DNA of 64,000 nucleotides from Antedon mediterranea (GCF_964355755.1 NC_092670.1:11332795-11396794), one strand, 5' to 3'. Shown: positions 10,522-25,600, numbered from the stretch's first letter. Notes: generated by a model not told the origin, from the letters alone. Made by a program: numbers and translations.

Positions 10522-13500
10522 AAATAAGCCGTCTGATTGTTCTGCTACGCGCCAACTACCTATATTTGCCGTAGCCTTGCTTTTCGATTTGAAGATCGGA
10601 ATGCGGGTTTCAAATCAAGTTGATTAAAATAACAATTTACTTTAGGATAGTATAGGTGCCATTTACAAAACGAATAATTTTATTATTTTAAAGCTCTGTC
10701 TACACTATCTAATCAAGCTTTAAAAAAAATGTAATGTGCCCATATTTGGACATGTTGATGTCATATCACTACCATATTTGGGCATATCACTACCATATTT
10801 GGGAACATCACACTTTCTTTATTTTATTATAGTGATCAGGTGAAATGAAAACCATAAAAGGAAATGAATAAGTTTTTGTTTATATTTCATATTTAGCTTT
10901 AGTCGGATATCCTGTATAGGCCTCATACATTTAATGTGGCGATATTAAACAACCTATGATGTAACAAAACTTATAACAAAACACATTATTATTGTTTTAT
11001 CTGGAAATGCATTGATTGAGCAGTTCAAATTAATTCCAGTTAATTGACAAAATGATATCTGTGATGCCGATTCTCGTAATTTAGAAATAGTATGTAGGAA
11101 TGCATGGAGATATTAATACGTTTACAAGATATAGTCCAGTGGCATTGCATGGTACCATTGGATCAAGCCACCATTGTTCTGAAAGAAAACACACTTTACA
11201 GATTACTTTCGTCTCGACTTTGTCCATTCAATGAATGTGTTTAATTATTTTATAAAACAGCTAATTTACATACAGGTGATTTATGTGTTGTGTATATGCC
11301 CAAAGTTTCAGTGTGACGGCAGAGTATGAAGCTAGTATAAGGGTTACAGTGTATTACCACATTTGATGGTACAACGGCGACAAAGTGATTACCTCGAGAT
11401 ACCTTATAGGTACAAAAATAGATTTCTTATCTTTTGTTTTTCGTTTATTTTCTTAATAGATTAATAATATCATTCATTCGAAATTCATATTTATAAATTA
11501 CATATTTCAAAGGTCAACATATTTCTATTATGGTCCTTAATGAGATACTTATTCCTAATCTTGTATAATTTGTATTCTTACTTAGTCTAAGTGCAGTCAA
11601 GCTATCGAGTACTATTTCGAGCATGGAGTACTTTTCTAAAACGTAAAAATGTCCTCCATAACATTACCAACGACAACCCTGTTTGCTCAGGGATACAGCA
11701 CATAACAAAAACGTAAAAAAGGAGAAAATTCATCATATTACAAACAAAACAAATTTTACAGATTTCCTTAGGCCAACACAGCATGGCATTTGGAAGAAAC
11801 TATATTTTTCTCAATTTCATTAAAAATATAGGCTACACATGTAGTAGGCCTACTACAGATTTTTTCCATGGCTTTATCTTTTTCTATAATATACTGGAAA
11901 TTGTGTATTAAACATTCGGTAGCCTGGCGATATCATTTCCATTCATACTACTGTATTAGTATTAAATATCATTTTGTGTTTATGCTTAACTAAGGAGAAA
12001 GTACGTAAATCTGCATGATCTTAACAACTTTCTATTTACAGTTTATTTTAATCATCAAGAGGTATAAAATGTATAACACTCTAAAAATAGTAACATTTAT
12101 GCAACATAACTATGCTTTGTTTTGTTATGCCAATCTCCAATTTACGAATCATAATTATGTATATTCAGTCTCCTTTACGGACAAGTATCTCCTTCTAAAA
12201 CAGTCCGTATGATAACATAGTATGTATCTATAGATCTGCATCTCCGAGATAGGTGCCGTAACTGTGCGTCCTATCCTGCGGCGAAGAGCTGGACTTCTCT
12301 CTTCCATCTTCACTGCCCTTCAGCCATGTTAGAAAGCTACATAGTAAAAAGCAAACGTTTTGACAACGTTACAAAAAAAAACCCCAAAAGCACAGCGATG
12401 AATTCGACGATGATGTAATGCTGCAGAATTTGAAAAAGCGCTGGGAGAGGCACCCTCTATCAAAATTATAATACCGTATTTATTCAAATAAACGTCCAGG
12501 GTGCTGTTATAAGTCTAGATGTTGGATGTAAATTGTTATAACTGTAAAGTGCGGCTTATTAAAAAATGCGAGTCACTGAAAGACGCAATTTTCTTTTTTA
12601 CACAAAAATAAGGACACTAACAGTGGTTTTAAAAACAAGCAAACAAGTTATGATGACTAATGATAAAAATATGACAAAATAGCGACATTTTAGTTGCTGT
12701 TTTGTAAAAATCCGTACAAAGCCACAAAAGCGTGTATATTTATTTAAAGAAACGTGCCAGACTTAAGCGAATTCTAATCCTAAAAAATAAAAGAAAACTA
12801 CAATGGAAAAGAAGTAATAAAAACACGTATCCGGTAACAAAGTTGAAATGATTGGCAACCTTCACAATGCATGAAACCAAGCACTATTTATATAATACAT
12901 TGCACTAGTAGTAACAAGTATCAGTTCGAAGCAGGCATGCAATAATACGTGTAGGCGTCAAGCTGGTAGATTCAAAAGGGTTTTTTTTAGAAAGTCGACG
13001 TCACCCTTTTAGTACCCTTCCTATTTTCCCCAATAAATATCTATTATTTTATTGTAGTTTACTTCAAGAATGTTACGGTTTACTTTACTTTTAATATAAA
13101 TTTGTTATCATACCACAAATCTTTAAATGTGCATCCGCCATTGTGATTGGAAAAAAAGGACCAATTAACTATTTTAACTTTTTCGCCTGCCCGCCGCCAC
13201 TTGCACCTACTCAGTCGGCTGGTAGCGATGTAGTAAGTCACCTAAAAATAGGTTTCGTATAAAATTCTTTTAATAACAGTTTTTAGGGGAAGCGGGTGAT
13301 GTAGTGGTGGATTTAGGACGACCGTCCCGATTGTATCCTTATATGCCTTTCAGAGTTTATTTTCAAAACATATAGTTCTATATTATTATGTACTTTATAA
13401 TTGCACACAGTTGATATCCAGTTGAAGAAACTTTGAGAAACAAAACCATTGTATATTAAAAGTACGCTAGATGACTGAATTGATTATATTTATTGGATTT

Positions 13501-15699
13501 TTAGGGTAGTTCAGTTTGTATAACGTACACGTGTACAAAAGCCGGTCTTATACACAGAGAACACTAGTATATATTCGCACATATTTAACAATAACAACAA
13601 TGGCATGCAAACAATTATTGGCTTAGAGGCATTTCATTCCATTAGAATAGATAACAATATTCAAAGAGAAAAAAACCTTAGAAGAGGTAGGCCTACGCAT
13701 ACAGTCAGTATCCACATTTTAAATAGGCCTACAGTAGTTGCGGTGAAAATGGTATGATATTCAGAAAATTGCTTAATTTCAAAGCCGTAATTTAAAAGTT
13801 TACACGATGCTATAGTTTGGAGTGGAATGGAATAAATCAGAGATGGTCTTGTATGTTTTCAGATAATATTAAACATTTCTAATCCATCCCACTCTTCTTA
13901 ACTATCGTCACTTTTAATTCGAGGAAATAATGATATTGTGCACATTGTTGAAAAAACATGCACGATGAAAGGAAGATGAAGATAATATTGTGAATTTGCC
14001 AGACTAGACAGTAAAAATGATTTGAAAACTGCAAATGCAGCACATAGCACATGTGATGACGACACTGATTTAAAATCTGCACATGCAAGTAGTAATAGGA
14101 AAATGATGATGATGACGACACTCAATCAAGGAAATGAAACATCTCCCATCAAACTTACAGATTGGAGTCTTGCTCTGCTTCCTGTGCTATGACCTGTGAC
14201 CTAAGGAAAGAAGAATACGTATTATACTACATATTTCACTTTAATACGCGCGCGTGCAAACAGATGTACTACAAATCATCAGAAACTCAACGCGCGCGTC
14301 GGTTTTTGTTCTCTTTCTGATGGAGCCTCCAATCAGAATATTTTAGGATATTAAGATTTTCATAGAGCTATAAAATTATAGGTCCCTGGTACTTTCTTTT
14401 ATCCAAAGATAAAACGATTGATATGTTATGCAATCATACAAAGGCAAACGTTTAAATGAATAAAAAAATACGATAATTGAATTAAACAATACTACTACAA
14501 ACATGTGCAAGCAATAACCATGCATATATTAATACGTTTATTTAAGAAAAAAAATAAGGTTCTTACCAGAGTGTAAAATGTAAAACAGTTTTACATTTTG
14601 AATAAAACTGGAATTCCCAGAGAGTTCGAACTCCGGAAAAAATTGGTTGGTTGAACTGTTGCATCAGCGATATACAACGTAATGAATTCGTTTATTAATA
14701 TCATAATCTCCGGGTAAATTTTAGCCACAAATCAAGATAATAAATGCGTACAATTCAATAATTAATGTGTACGTTTTTTGGTTATATTCCCAAATATAGA
14801 AAACTCACTCAAATCTATTTTTCTCCTTACTAACCCGTATGAAACATGAAAATGAGAGACAAAAAGTTAAAATGTTGAAATGTTTGTAACTGGAGTCATG
14901 AGTAGCCTATTCTTACAGATAACATTTATTGGTAAATTATATTGTCCCCTTGAACAAATATCTTTTAAAAATTAAATATGCCATTTTTAAATGTCACATA
15001 ATAGTTGTTTACTTTGACCAAAAATGGGATAAAAAACAAATTATTTACCTGAAAATGGTAGAATTTACAGTTTATTGTGTCAAGTAAAAACATGATTAAT
15101 TTTGTTTTTGTAAGAGATTAACTTTATTAAAACTGCGAAAAGGCCTATTCAAAGTTTTTTTTTAAAATTATTAATCGTCATTTTTCATGTTTTTGGGGAA
15201 CAATACGAATGAATAAATTGTAATAAAATGGTATTTTCTCCGAAATTAGATCTTATCTTTACCTAATTAAAACTACGATTGATTGGTTTCAACCACATTT
15301 TTCGACGAACAATTTTTAGTTTCAGTTACGTCACAACGAAAAATTATTAATGATTTTTAGTGTTCTACTTTAAATATATTGTATGTTGCGTGACGTAAGC
15401 ATTGACTTCGCGTCCAAAATAGCAATACTCAAGAGCAATAAGCTGATTAATATTTTATTAATAACGTCGTTTTAAGCAATGTATTATATGATTGTTACGA
15501 TTACGATATGATATTGTTATTATACAATGTTCGCACTAGAAAGTGAAGCATTATAATGTCTGTCTTAAGCTATATTCACACTTGTCTCGAGAAATTATAA
15601 TAAAGAATTTAACGTTAAATGGCAAAAGTGTAAATAAGGCTTTAGATGTTGAATGTTACGTTAATTCTGCGTGTATTTATAAATTAAGCGGGATTGATT

Positions 15700-15884
15700 A
15701 AGATTTTTTGTCAATGTTTGGTAAGCAAGTGCAGATGATCGGAAAGTTTTTGACAATGTTTGGTACGCAAGTGCAGATGATCGGAAAGTTTTTGTCAATG
15801 TTTGGTACGCATGTGCAGATGATCGGAACGTTTTTGTCAATGTTTGGTACGCATGTGCAGATGATCAAAACGTTTTTGTCAATG
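15700..15884. repeat. 42-bp minisatellite TTTTTGTCAATGTTTGGTACGCATGTGCAGATGATCGGAAAG, ~4.4 copies
   Basis: Tandem copies; explains the repetitive ORFs 15698..15913 and 15708..15941. Confidence 0.93.
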
Positions 15885-18161
15885 ATGGAGGGATGTATGA
15901 AGTTAATGATCAATAATTGTATATACCATGTTTGTAACTAGCGTGTTTGACATCTTGATATGCTGGAGGTCTATGACTAAAACAAAACAGAAATAATTAA
16001 ATTAATTGATTTTAATAAAAAGACGGAAAATGATATTATTTAGAAGGCAGGCTGATGATACTAAAAAACAACATAAAAACCTATCGTATATTCATACTAT
16101 ATCAAATGAACAATGGTAATATTCTGTCTTAGTGTTAGCCCCAAATATTCACCCCTATAGGAACAATTTACTCTACCACATTTGAAGTGTTATCCCATCT
16201 ACGTTTGCATAATCATTACTGCAAAACAAGATTATCAAATCAACTCAAATTTAATGTAAATGGTGATATCAATCTTACCACTCTAACAAATTTATTAAGG
16301 GATGGGATCATGTTATTTACCATCCTCACGTTAAATTCTTCGACTATAATAACAATTAAAAATAATAATAACTACAACAGTATAGTAATGACTATAATTT
16401 TTGTGTTTAAATTTTAAATGTAAATATGTATATGTTTGTATGATGTAGTATGTTTAAGCGGATATTAGCCCTTGATGGCATTTGCAGCAATAAAGAAATT
16501 GAATTGAACTGCAGGTACTGCAGTAACCACATTTTTGTTACTGCAATAATGTATAGTTTTAGTCTGTTTCAAGGTAGAGAATAATAATTAATAAATAGTA
16601 TAATTACCCAAAAAAGCTAGTTAAATAATGAAATAAACAGGTTAACTATAATGAAGTTACTGCAGTTACTGCAGTAGAATTATTTTGACATGGTTCCTAA
16701 TACTTTTACACTACAGTGGCCAAGAGAACTGAAAGTTGCGCCTATTTTAAATAATATTAATGTTAGCTTACTACTGTAGTAATTACTGTATAAAAAAAGT
16801 ATGAAATATAAAATTAACCTTTATTAATTATCGGCCTATTACTTTATATTTCAATTGCATAATTTGTGTTTTTGCAACACAGGCCTAAGTCAATAAATTA
16901 CTAATATTAATAATTAAACTAGAAAACATGATATAATTATTGATTGTCACATAATAAATATAATGTTTTGTACAATATTTACAAATTTTGAAAATGAATT
17001 TGGTACACATAACATAGAAATCGATTGTTAGAGGGACAAACTCAAAATGTGATTATAAATTCGAACTCCTCCTTTTGGACACCTCAACTAAGGGGAAACC
17101 CATAATAAAGAGCAATAAAGTTGATGGGTTTCGAACTCAAGTTTCAAAAGCTGAATTCTATACCATTCAGCCAGAGAACTGGCTTGTAGAAAACAGTTGA
17201 CATAACTTATCTGATTGACATTAACTTATTTACAGTACAATAACCCAATTTTTCTAATAGCTTTAGCAAATGTAAATTAAACACTGGACAGAAAAAAAAT
17301 GGAATGGAATTATATATTTATCTACAAGGATTTAGTTTTGCATTGAACTTTCTAAACCTAATGGAATAGTCCCATGACACCCTGTTAGCTTCCTAATGTA
17401 ATCACCCCCATTAAAATGTATTTAATTTTATTTATAACAAAATTGTTTACCTTGGTTGTCGAAAGTTATAACTTATTAAAAAAACTCAAATAATTCTAAC
17501 CTTAGCCCAACAAAATTGCAATAAATAAATATTGATGTTTTAATTTATAAAGTATATAAAAAGTGTAAAAAAAGTATAAATATATTTTTAAAATGTTATA
17601 TTATTTTTATAAAAGGAGAGCACCATCTTATTTTCTCATATATCTCAATATCACACCACTCTTTCACACAATTAAAAAAGATATGTTTTCTATCCAATCA
17701 TATTTTAACGTAAATGTGAAAGCCCTAAAATGGTCAAATGGTAAAAATTTTGTGTGTAACTCGATTCTACCTCAGGTATACGTATGACACGGCATGTGTG
17801 CAAAACATTTTTATTTTATAATTTGTCTAGAAGCTAGACTAGGCCTATGCATATCAATCAGAAAAACTAACAAGTTCAGATTTTCTCACTTTGACCGGTT
17901 CAAAGTTTGACCTTTATCTGCTAAAAACAAACAATATTGTAAATTTATCCATGGAGTAAAGATATATTCTTTGCATCATGAATTATCTTAAGTTACAATT
18001 TGACAATGTTGTATAAATGAGAATTGTATTGTAGTTTTAGTTGTCCTGGGGATATAGTTGACCTAGGAGGGAATTGTTATGGGAGTCCGGGAAATATTTT
18101 TCAGGGGGTAGATATTCAAGAAATCATTCATAAGAAATTATATTTTCTATATGAACATGGG

Positions 18162-18298
18162 GGAATAGCTGTGGCCTAGAAGGAGAGTATCTGCGGCCTG
18201 GAGGGGAAGTAGCTGGGGTCTGGAGGGGAAGTAGCTGGGGCCTGGAGGAGAAGTAGCTGGGGCCTGGAGTGGGATTAGCTGTGGCCTGGAAGGGGCCT
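18162..18298. repeat. G-rich 22-bp minisatellite GGGCCTGGAGGGGAAGTAGCTG, ~6 copies
   Basis: Tandem copies in the sequence. Confidence 0.85.
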
Positions 18299-18611
18299 GC
18301 TTTTGGGCATATGTGAGTTTTGTTTACTTAAGTAGAAGTTTAAATCAATAGTGGTTGTGTATTATTACATGTGATTTTCATTTTATCACAAATTAGGACA
18401 ACCGAGGTACAAATGACCTATCTGGGTTAAGGCAATGCGTCTTACATTGTATATTTACACTTAAACCTGACATGCATACATGCCTATTTCTTTCAAATAA
18501 AAAGACATGGCATAAAGGTATTAGTTAAATTGTATACAATCACATTCAACATTGTAAGCTACCATGCATCACATCAAAACAACACACACACAGAGTGATG
18601 ATGACACTTTT

Positions 18612-18844
18612 GGCTACGTTCAGACTTGAGACACTGCCCTGGCTTAAGTTAAGATATGATTAAAGTTAACTCAGGCTTAGGTTATTATATGGCCTAGGCT
18701 AGGTACGCTGCCTTGGCTTTCAGGTAAGTTAGGTAGCCTGAATGTGGGCTAGGTACCTTACATGTAGGCTCCCTACCCCTCCTGCATTAAACAGGTTGTC
18801 TGGTTCCTTATGTAGGCTCCAGTATGTGCAAGTCTGAACAAGCC
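18612..18844. mobile_element. MITE with TIR GGCTACGTTCAGACTTG / CAAGTCTGAACAAGCC
   Basis: Imperfect terminal inverted repeats of ~25 bp, no coding capacity. Confidence 0.65.
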
Positions 18845-19607
18845 TAAAAAGAAACGGGATCTGCAGAGGTTGTGTAGAGAACATGCGCAAGAGACACACA
18901 TAAGCAAACGGTATATCTAGCAAACACACACTTTGAAATCAGCAATACACTGTACTGCAAATAAGAGTAATGGCATGCCACTGTTTAGTGCTGTTTTTAT
19001 AGCAAGCCATTGTCAGCCTTTTTAAAATAAACTTGTTCTTTAAAATAATCGATTTATAAAAAAGTTATTCAAATATATCGTGATAGTTTCTGGCTATGGG
19101 CAGCCAGTGGTGCCTGAAATAATAGGCCTACTATTTGCTTGACAGGCTTTAGCCCAGAAGTGAACAGTAGGCCGACCATTTATATTTGAATATTATCGTT
19201 TTGATTGACTTTTTTGCTTGATTTTATTTGTATCTCCATTGAGATTAAGCCACTGACATTGTTCTTTTTTCAGTAATTTGCCTTGAGATATTTAGGTTTT
19301 TTCGTTTTGTTTTAAATGTCAAATAAAATTATATCTGGCAACAAATAAAAATGGGCATGATACGAACAAATGCATGGTAACCATTAAAATATAGCTTTTG
19401 ACACATAACAGTAAAAATCACCTTTACCGTCTGCTGGCCGTTGATAACATTCAACATATCAAAATTTAAAAAAACTTAGTAATAACAAAATTAGCAAGAA
19501 TCTTGAATTTTAAATTCTCATAATTTTAAAGGTCAATAACAGTATTTTAACTTCATAAGTGTGTGGGCTAGACATACCATTGGTCTCACATAAACACATG
19601 CAGTTAG

Positions 19608-22600
19608 CTAGAGAACAGTCTCCTTCTCTAGATAGGATGGTGGCTTGTACCTTCGAACTTTGTTCTTGTCCCCTGGCCTCATCAATTCTTTATTCTGTTG
19701 AAAAGAAATATTTTTATTATATCATTAAATGAATTAATGTAATAACACACATCTGTTGTTGAAAGATTGCTGTATGTAGGGAGGTAGCCGAAGTGAATTA
19801 TGAGACACGAGTGTCTGAATCTACTGCATTGTGGTATACGGTGCATCCTTTATACCAACATAAGCTTTTAGGTATACCATATTAATTATCTCTCTCCTCT
19901 GTCAAGTTATCTTCCTAAATTATTATTTGTAAATACAGTGAAACAAATCCTCTTGGGAAAAAGTATCCCCTTAATAGGTTCTACTCATACAAAAAAATCC
20001 ATATTCATTCATTCATTGATATATTGAAAATATGGGCCAAAATGTTAAATAGCATGCATGTTGCTCTCACATTTTTAAAAGTATTTCAATCAGTTTCTGA
20101 GCGCTTAATTTATTCATTCCGTTTTACAAAACAATTTTGATGTATTTAACATGAATATTATTGTTAGAAAATAACTTACATTCGGACTGAACCAATCACT
20201 ATCTTCATGTAATTCCTTTTCTCGTTTTTTATCCTAAAAAAAAAAATTAAACAACCATAAATATGCTCAACAATTTGAATAAAATGTGGCGTATTTGATT
20301 GGAAAGCCTTAAGCTCTGTTTACACTATAACACTAGTTTGACAAAAAAAGTGTGATGTGTCCAAATATGGTAGTGATATATCCAAGTATGGTAGTGCTAT
20401 GACATCATCATGTCTATATATGGGCACATCACAATTTTTTGTCACATAAAGTTTGATAGTGTAGACAAGGTAAACGTTAATCAATGAAAGCTTGCTAGTT
20501 GAGTACTAATGTACAAACTAGTTAAAGATGTATTGTCCCTTTGACTAATTCCAACAAATTTTTTTTTTTTAAATTTCGAAAAAAAGTGGGTCATTTTGAA
20601 GTACAGTATCATAATAGTTATTAACTTTCACCAAAAATTTGTAAAAAAATAAATAATTTAACCGAAATACAGAGGTTTTTTTTGTTCAAAAAATAACTTT
20701 GACTTCCAGTCAAAGTTTTCAATCAAAACATATCTCATAATGCAACGCGCTTGTTTGGCTACTCTGTATGTATAATCATAAAACTTCCTCGCGATCTGTG
20801 TAAGAACACCTTCTCAACCGTGACAAGTTGTAAACAATCCTAATTAGCATCATGCATAATGCATACACATGGTTTGAAATCTTTGTTTACTTTCGCTTGT
20901 GACGATTTCCCAGACGAAATGTAATCAAATTAATTTACCTGTTAATTATGTAAACTTGTTGTTTTTGGCTCGAATTTTCGACATAAAGTGTCATAACTTT
21001 AATATTACTTTGATATGGCCAATTTAAATTTATAATATTTTTTTTTTCATTTTTTGTGTTTCAAGGGACAATACATCTTTAATGAAAAAATGCTCGCTTC
21101 CAAAATCAAAATCGCCAATTGGTGTAAAAACAATGTATACAAACAAAAGACAAAGAAAAAAGTTAAACTTACTACATAATGAATGAGGCAGCTACATGGT
21201 ACCCAAATAATTAAAGATATGAACTTACTACATAATGAATGAGGCAGCTACATGGTACCCAAATAATTAAAGATATGATAATAGTTGCTCCAACAATATT
21301 GTCTTTTATTATTCGACCTGTAAGAAAAAAAAAATGAAAAAAAAAAAAAAATTTCATTCACAGTTTAGTCAGGGACAATGATTTGAATTTGAGTGGAATT
21401 GTTCTTATGACAAATTTTGGAACTAGGCCAGAGTTAGGAATATACAATGGGACTGGGATGGAAAGACAAATGGCAATCTACATGACAAATACAGATATGA
21501 CAGGTCTAACATTGAGAGCATTTATTACATGACAAATACAGATATGACAGGTCTAACATTGAGAGCATTTATTTAGTATTAATTTTCAGACTGGTACTAG
21601 AGAAGAATTGAACCAAAGCTCCTACATTGAAAGATCAGCACCATGCCACAGTGTTACACTAACCTAATTTGCTTATTGTGATCCCTTCAAAAACATCAAA
21701 AAACCTTTCAATTAAATCTTGAGTTTGAGATTCACATACACCCTAAAAAAAAAGGATACATGTATCATATTTGAAATATAGAACTTCTACCAGGATGGAC
21801 CTAACAACAATGTCCCTGGTCGTCATAAAAAATATTGACCTATTTAACGCAAAAATGGTTGGAACCCCTTCTATGGGGACATCACTATTCAGGGGACACC
21901 CCTATTCAGGGGACACCTCTATCAAGGGGACTCATTATGGTGAAAAGAATGGGTTTTTATGTTTATGAATATATACACAATGGCCAACCTCTATTAAGGG
22001 GACATTTTTTTGGGTCTCACTGTATTTTACAATCATCATTATTCTTTGCACTGTTTTGAAAGTAATAATAAGTTGTGTAAAACAGATATTAAATAATAGA
22101 AATGATAAAAATATGGGTACTTTAAAACAATACATATACTCATTTTAAAATACATAAAACGTATAACTTACTTGGTTGCAAACTCCATGATTACACGGTC
22201 GCCCATCAGGGACGCGCTGTGGCGATTTTATTGAGACATTGTAAAATAATGTACAGGCATCTGTTTCAAATCTTTTACAGCACCAATAACAAGACTCGGA
22301 AGCTGTTGGATAAACACACACGGTATTTTTAAAATTCGCAAAAAGTCGCAATAGTGGGAGGAGGTGCATCTGAAGGATGTGCAGTTCCCTAGATAAGTGG
22401 CTGTGTGTGTAATAGTACCTAGGGGTAACTCCATATTTGTCTCGAAAGATGTACTAGGTTCTTTAAAGTGCACATGAGCCAGATGTGTACACTGAACCTA
22501 CGGTTTATAGTCCTTATCCGAGAAGACTCCAGAACCGTGGAGCCAGTGAGCCTCGAACCCTTGCCAATTTTATGACTACTGTACGTATTATGGTTCCACT

Positions 22601-25600
22601 GTCTTAAAGCTGGGCCACTCACCCGCTACAAAGTTTTTTTTAATTGGTAACAAGGCTTTTGGGATCTTCTATGACCTGGTTTTGGGAGAGTTTCCGGTTA
22701 ACTTTAAAAGTTTGCCTGGCCAGGAAATCATGAAGCGATGCATGTGAACAATAGCTTTTCTTACATACTAATAGCAATTTAGGTTTCAAGTTTAATTTAT
22801 TTAAACATACTCACAATCTGTACATATACAGGAAATCATACTATTCACTTCACAAAACGGCATACATATACCATTTCTACACTTTCCACTTTAATAATAA
22901 GGAAAAAAACTGTCTATAAAAACAATTTAGATTTATACATACAACATACAGAACAAAAAGAAACAGACAACATCAAACATGAATAAAAAAAGGAAATCTA
23001 CAAAATACAATTCATTGAGATTCATTATTTACGTTTAAAATTCTAATTAAAAAGCAAAAATCTTACTTTTCTATACAAATAGTGTCATCTTTCTTTGGTA
23101 TAGCCTTAGGGCAGTTAGCACTTCTCCCTGTACAGAATGCGTCCTGCTTACAACCAGTATCTGCATACTCTGTTTCACGGCACGCCTTTGTTTTTGGGGC
23201 AAATTGGCATCTTTCACAACAGGGCGAGTTCTTATCACTGAAGAATATATATTAACATTTATTCCATTTCGTTTATTGAGCAAGGTGGACTAGGTGAACC
23301 ACTTACTATGCAGCTCAGTACGTCTTCCAGTCAGGAAAAGTTAATTACTGTTTTACTGTTTATACCAGAGTTTGAAATTTGTAGTGGAAAAAAATGTTGA
23401 CTAATATAACCCCTTATTATAAACGTATAAAAATTACCCAAAATTCATTATTTCACTATTACTTTATCTTATTATTTTTTTTAAATACATTTTTGTATTT
23501 GTTTTTTTTAATTAACATATTTATTGTATTTTAGGTTCTTTAAAATTACAAAATTAAAATCAGCAATATAATACATTTTATATCCCAACAATAGAGGGCT
23601 CTTTCAATTATTTCCACTCCAATTAATAGAGGGCAGTAGATATACTAACCTGCATTGCTTTTTAGGCTTCAGTTTGCATTTTAAGTGGCAGCATGGATCA
23701 CTCTCCCCTTGGGCAAGTAACCCGGCATCGCATTCTTCATTTGCATCAACTCGGTAATTACCACACACATTTGAACCTTGTGGTTCTGATATAAAAATGA
23801 ATATATAATTATCATCATCATCACAAATATTATAATTCATGCATACTAGTGGTTGGAAATAGTTACGCATTTTAGTGCCATGAAAAATGAACTGTCATTA
23901 GAATGACACTGTACAAGAATGAATTGATTTATTTATACAGGTCTAGTTGTTGTATCATCCATTGAATCTCATATCACCATTAAAGCCATGTGTACCCATA
24001 AAACAACCTATTCAGTATCAAAGTACTGGGAGGAAAATTCAAGTAGGGGATGCCATGTTAAAATCAAATTGTAATTGAAATTATCATTTGAACTAGACTA
24101 TTGCTGCATATGGCACCCCATATTTCAAGGAGATGCATTACTTCTAGTTTGTTTTACCAAACACTGAAGCCCATATATTAAGCCATGTGTACCCATAAAA
24201 CAACCTATTCAGTATCAAAGTACTGGGAGGAAAATTCAAGTAGGGGATGCCATGTTAAAATCAAATTGTAATTGAAATTATCATTTGAACTAGACTATTG
24301 CTGCATATGGCACCCCATATTTCAAGGAGATGCATTACTTTTAGTTTGTTTTACCAAACACTGAAGCCCATATATTAAGCCATGTGTACCCAAAAAATAA
24401 CCTATTCAGTATCAAAGTACTAGGAGGAAAATTCAGGTATAGAGCGCCATTTTAAAATCAAATTGCCAAATGCTATGTATCAATTACATTATCATTTTAA
24501 CTAAAAGATTGCTGCATATGGCGCCCCGTATTTCTAGGAGATGCATTTACTTTCTATGATAGTAACGGAATAACAAGACTTATACCTCTAAAGCAACGGG
24601 AAGATTTAGCTCTCAATACTTGATTGATCATACGTTTGCTACATGCGGAAAATTGCTGCGTAGAAATAAAAAAAAAAGGAAAAGATTAGGAAAAAATGGA
24701 AACTGAACAGGGTTGATGGGGGAGGGAGATGGCCATCATTTTCTGGTAATCCTTTGGCCCTGTTTCTTTTTGTTGGAGTAAAATAAAACATAAACACACC
24801 CTTAGAATAAGATAAACTTACATCATGGTTAACCTTCTTGCCGCTGACAGATGCAGGATACATAAGAAAGTTGCCATCTACATCACCGGGGGAACATTCA
24901 TTGTTGCTAGATGTCGGGTCATGTTCACTTCCAAAATTATGTCCCAATTCTGTAGCATAAAATAAAGATATATTTCTTACATATATGATAAGGATACAAG
25001 TGATCAATAGCCACCATGTGAATAAGAACCACAGATGAAGTTGAATAAGTAATGCAATTGAATAAGTGCTACAGCTGAATAAGTGCTACATTTAGATAAG
25101 TACCACTGTCAAAAAAGCTCTGCCGAATAAGTGCTGCAGTTGATGAGGTGCAGCTGTAAAAATGTAAGCACTAATGTTGAATAAGTGCTACTGTGAAATA
25201 AGTGCTATTGTGATGTAAGTGCTACTGTGAAATAAGTGCTACTGTGAAATAAGTGCTACTGTAAAATAAGTGCTAGTGTCGATTAAGTGCTGCAGTTGAG
25301 TAAGTGTCACTGTCAAATAAATGATACTGTCTAATAAATAACACTGTTGCAGTTAATTAAACACTAAGGATTATAGTAAATGTATTTACCATGAGCTGTA
25401 ACCAGTTCAGCTTCGTCTGTGAGTACACGGCGCCCCCAATTTATTGTGGTCGTTAATCCAGTATTAAGATATAATTCTCCGCTTGAAGATGGGTATGCTA
25501 AAATAGAAGAAAATTAGTATGTAAATATTAGACATAGACCTTGCATAGAAAAAAGTAGTCGTTAGTATGCAAAAGATGTTCTTACACTGTGTACAGATGC

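Noticed and set aside
15698-15941. Repetitive ORFs on both strands
   Set aside because: A 42-bp minisatellite.
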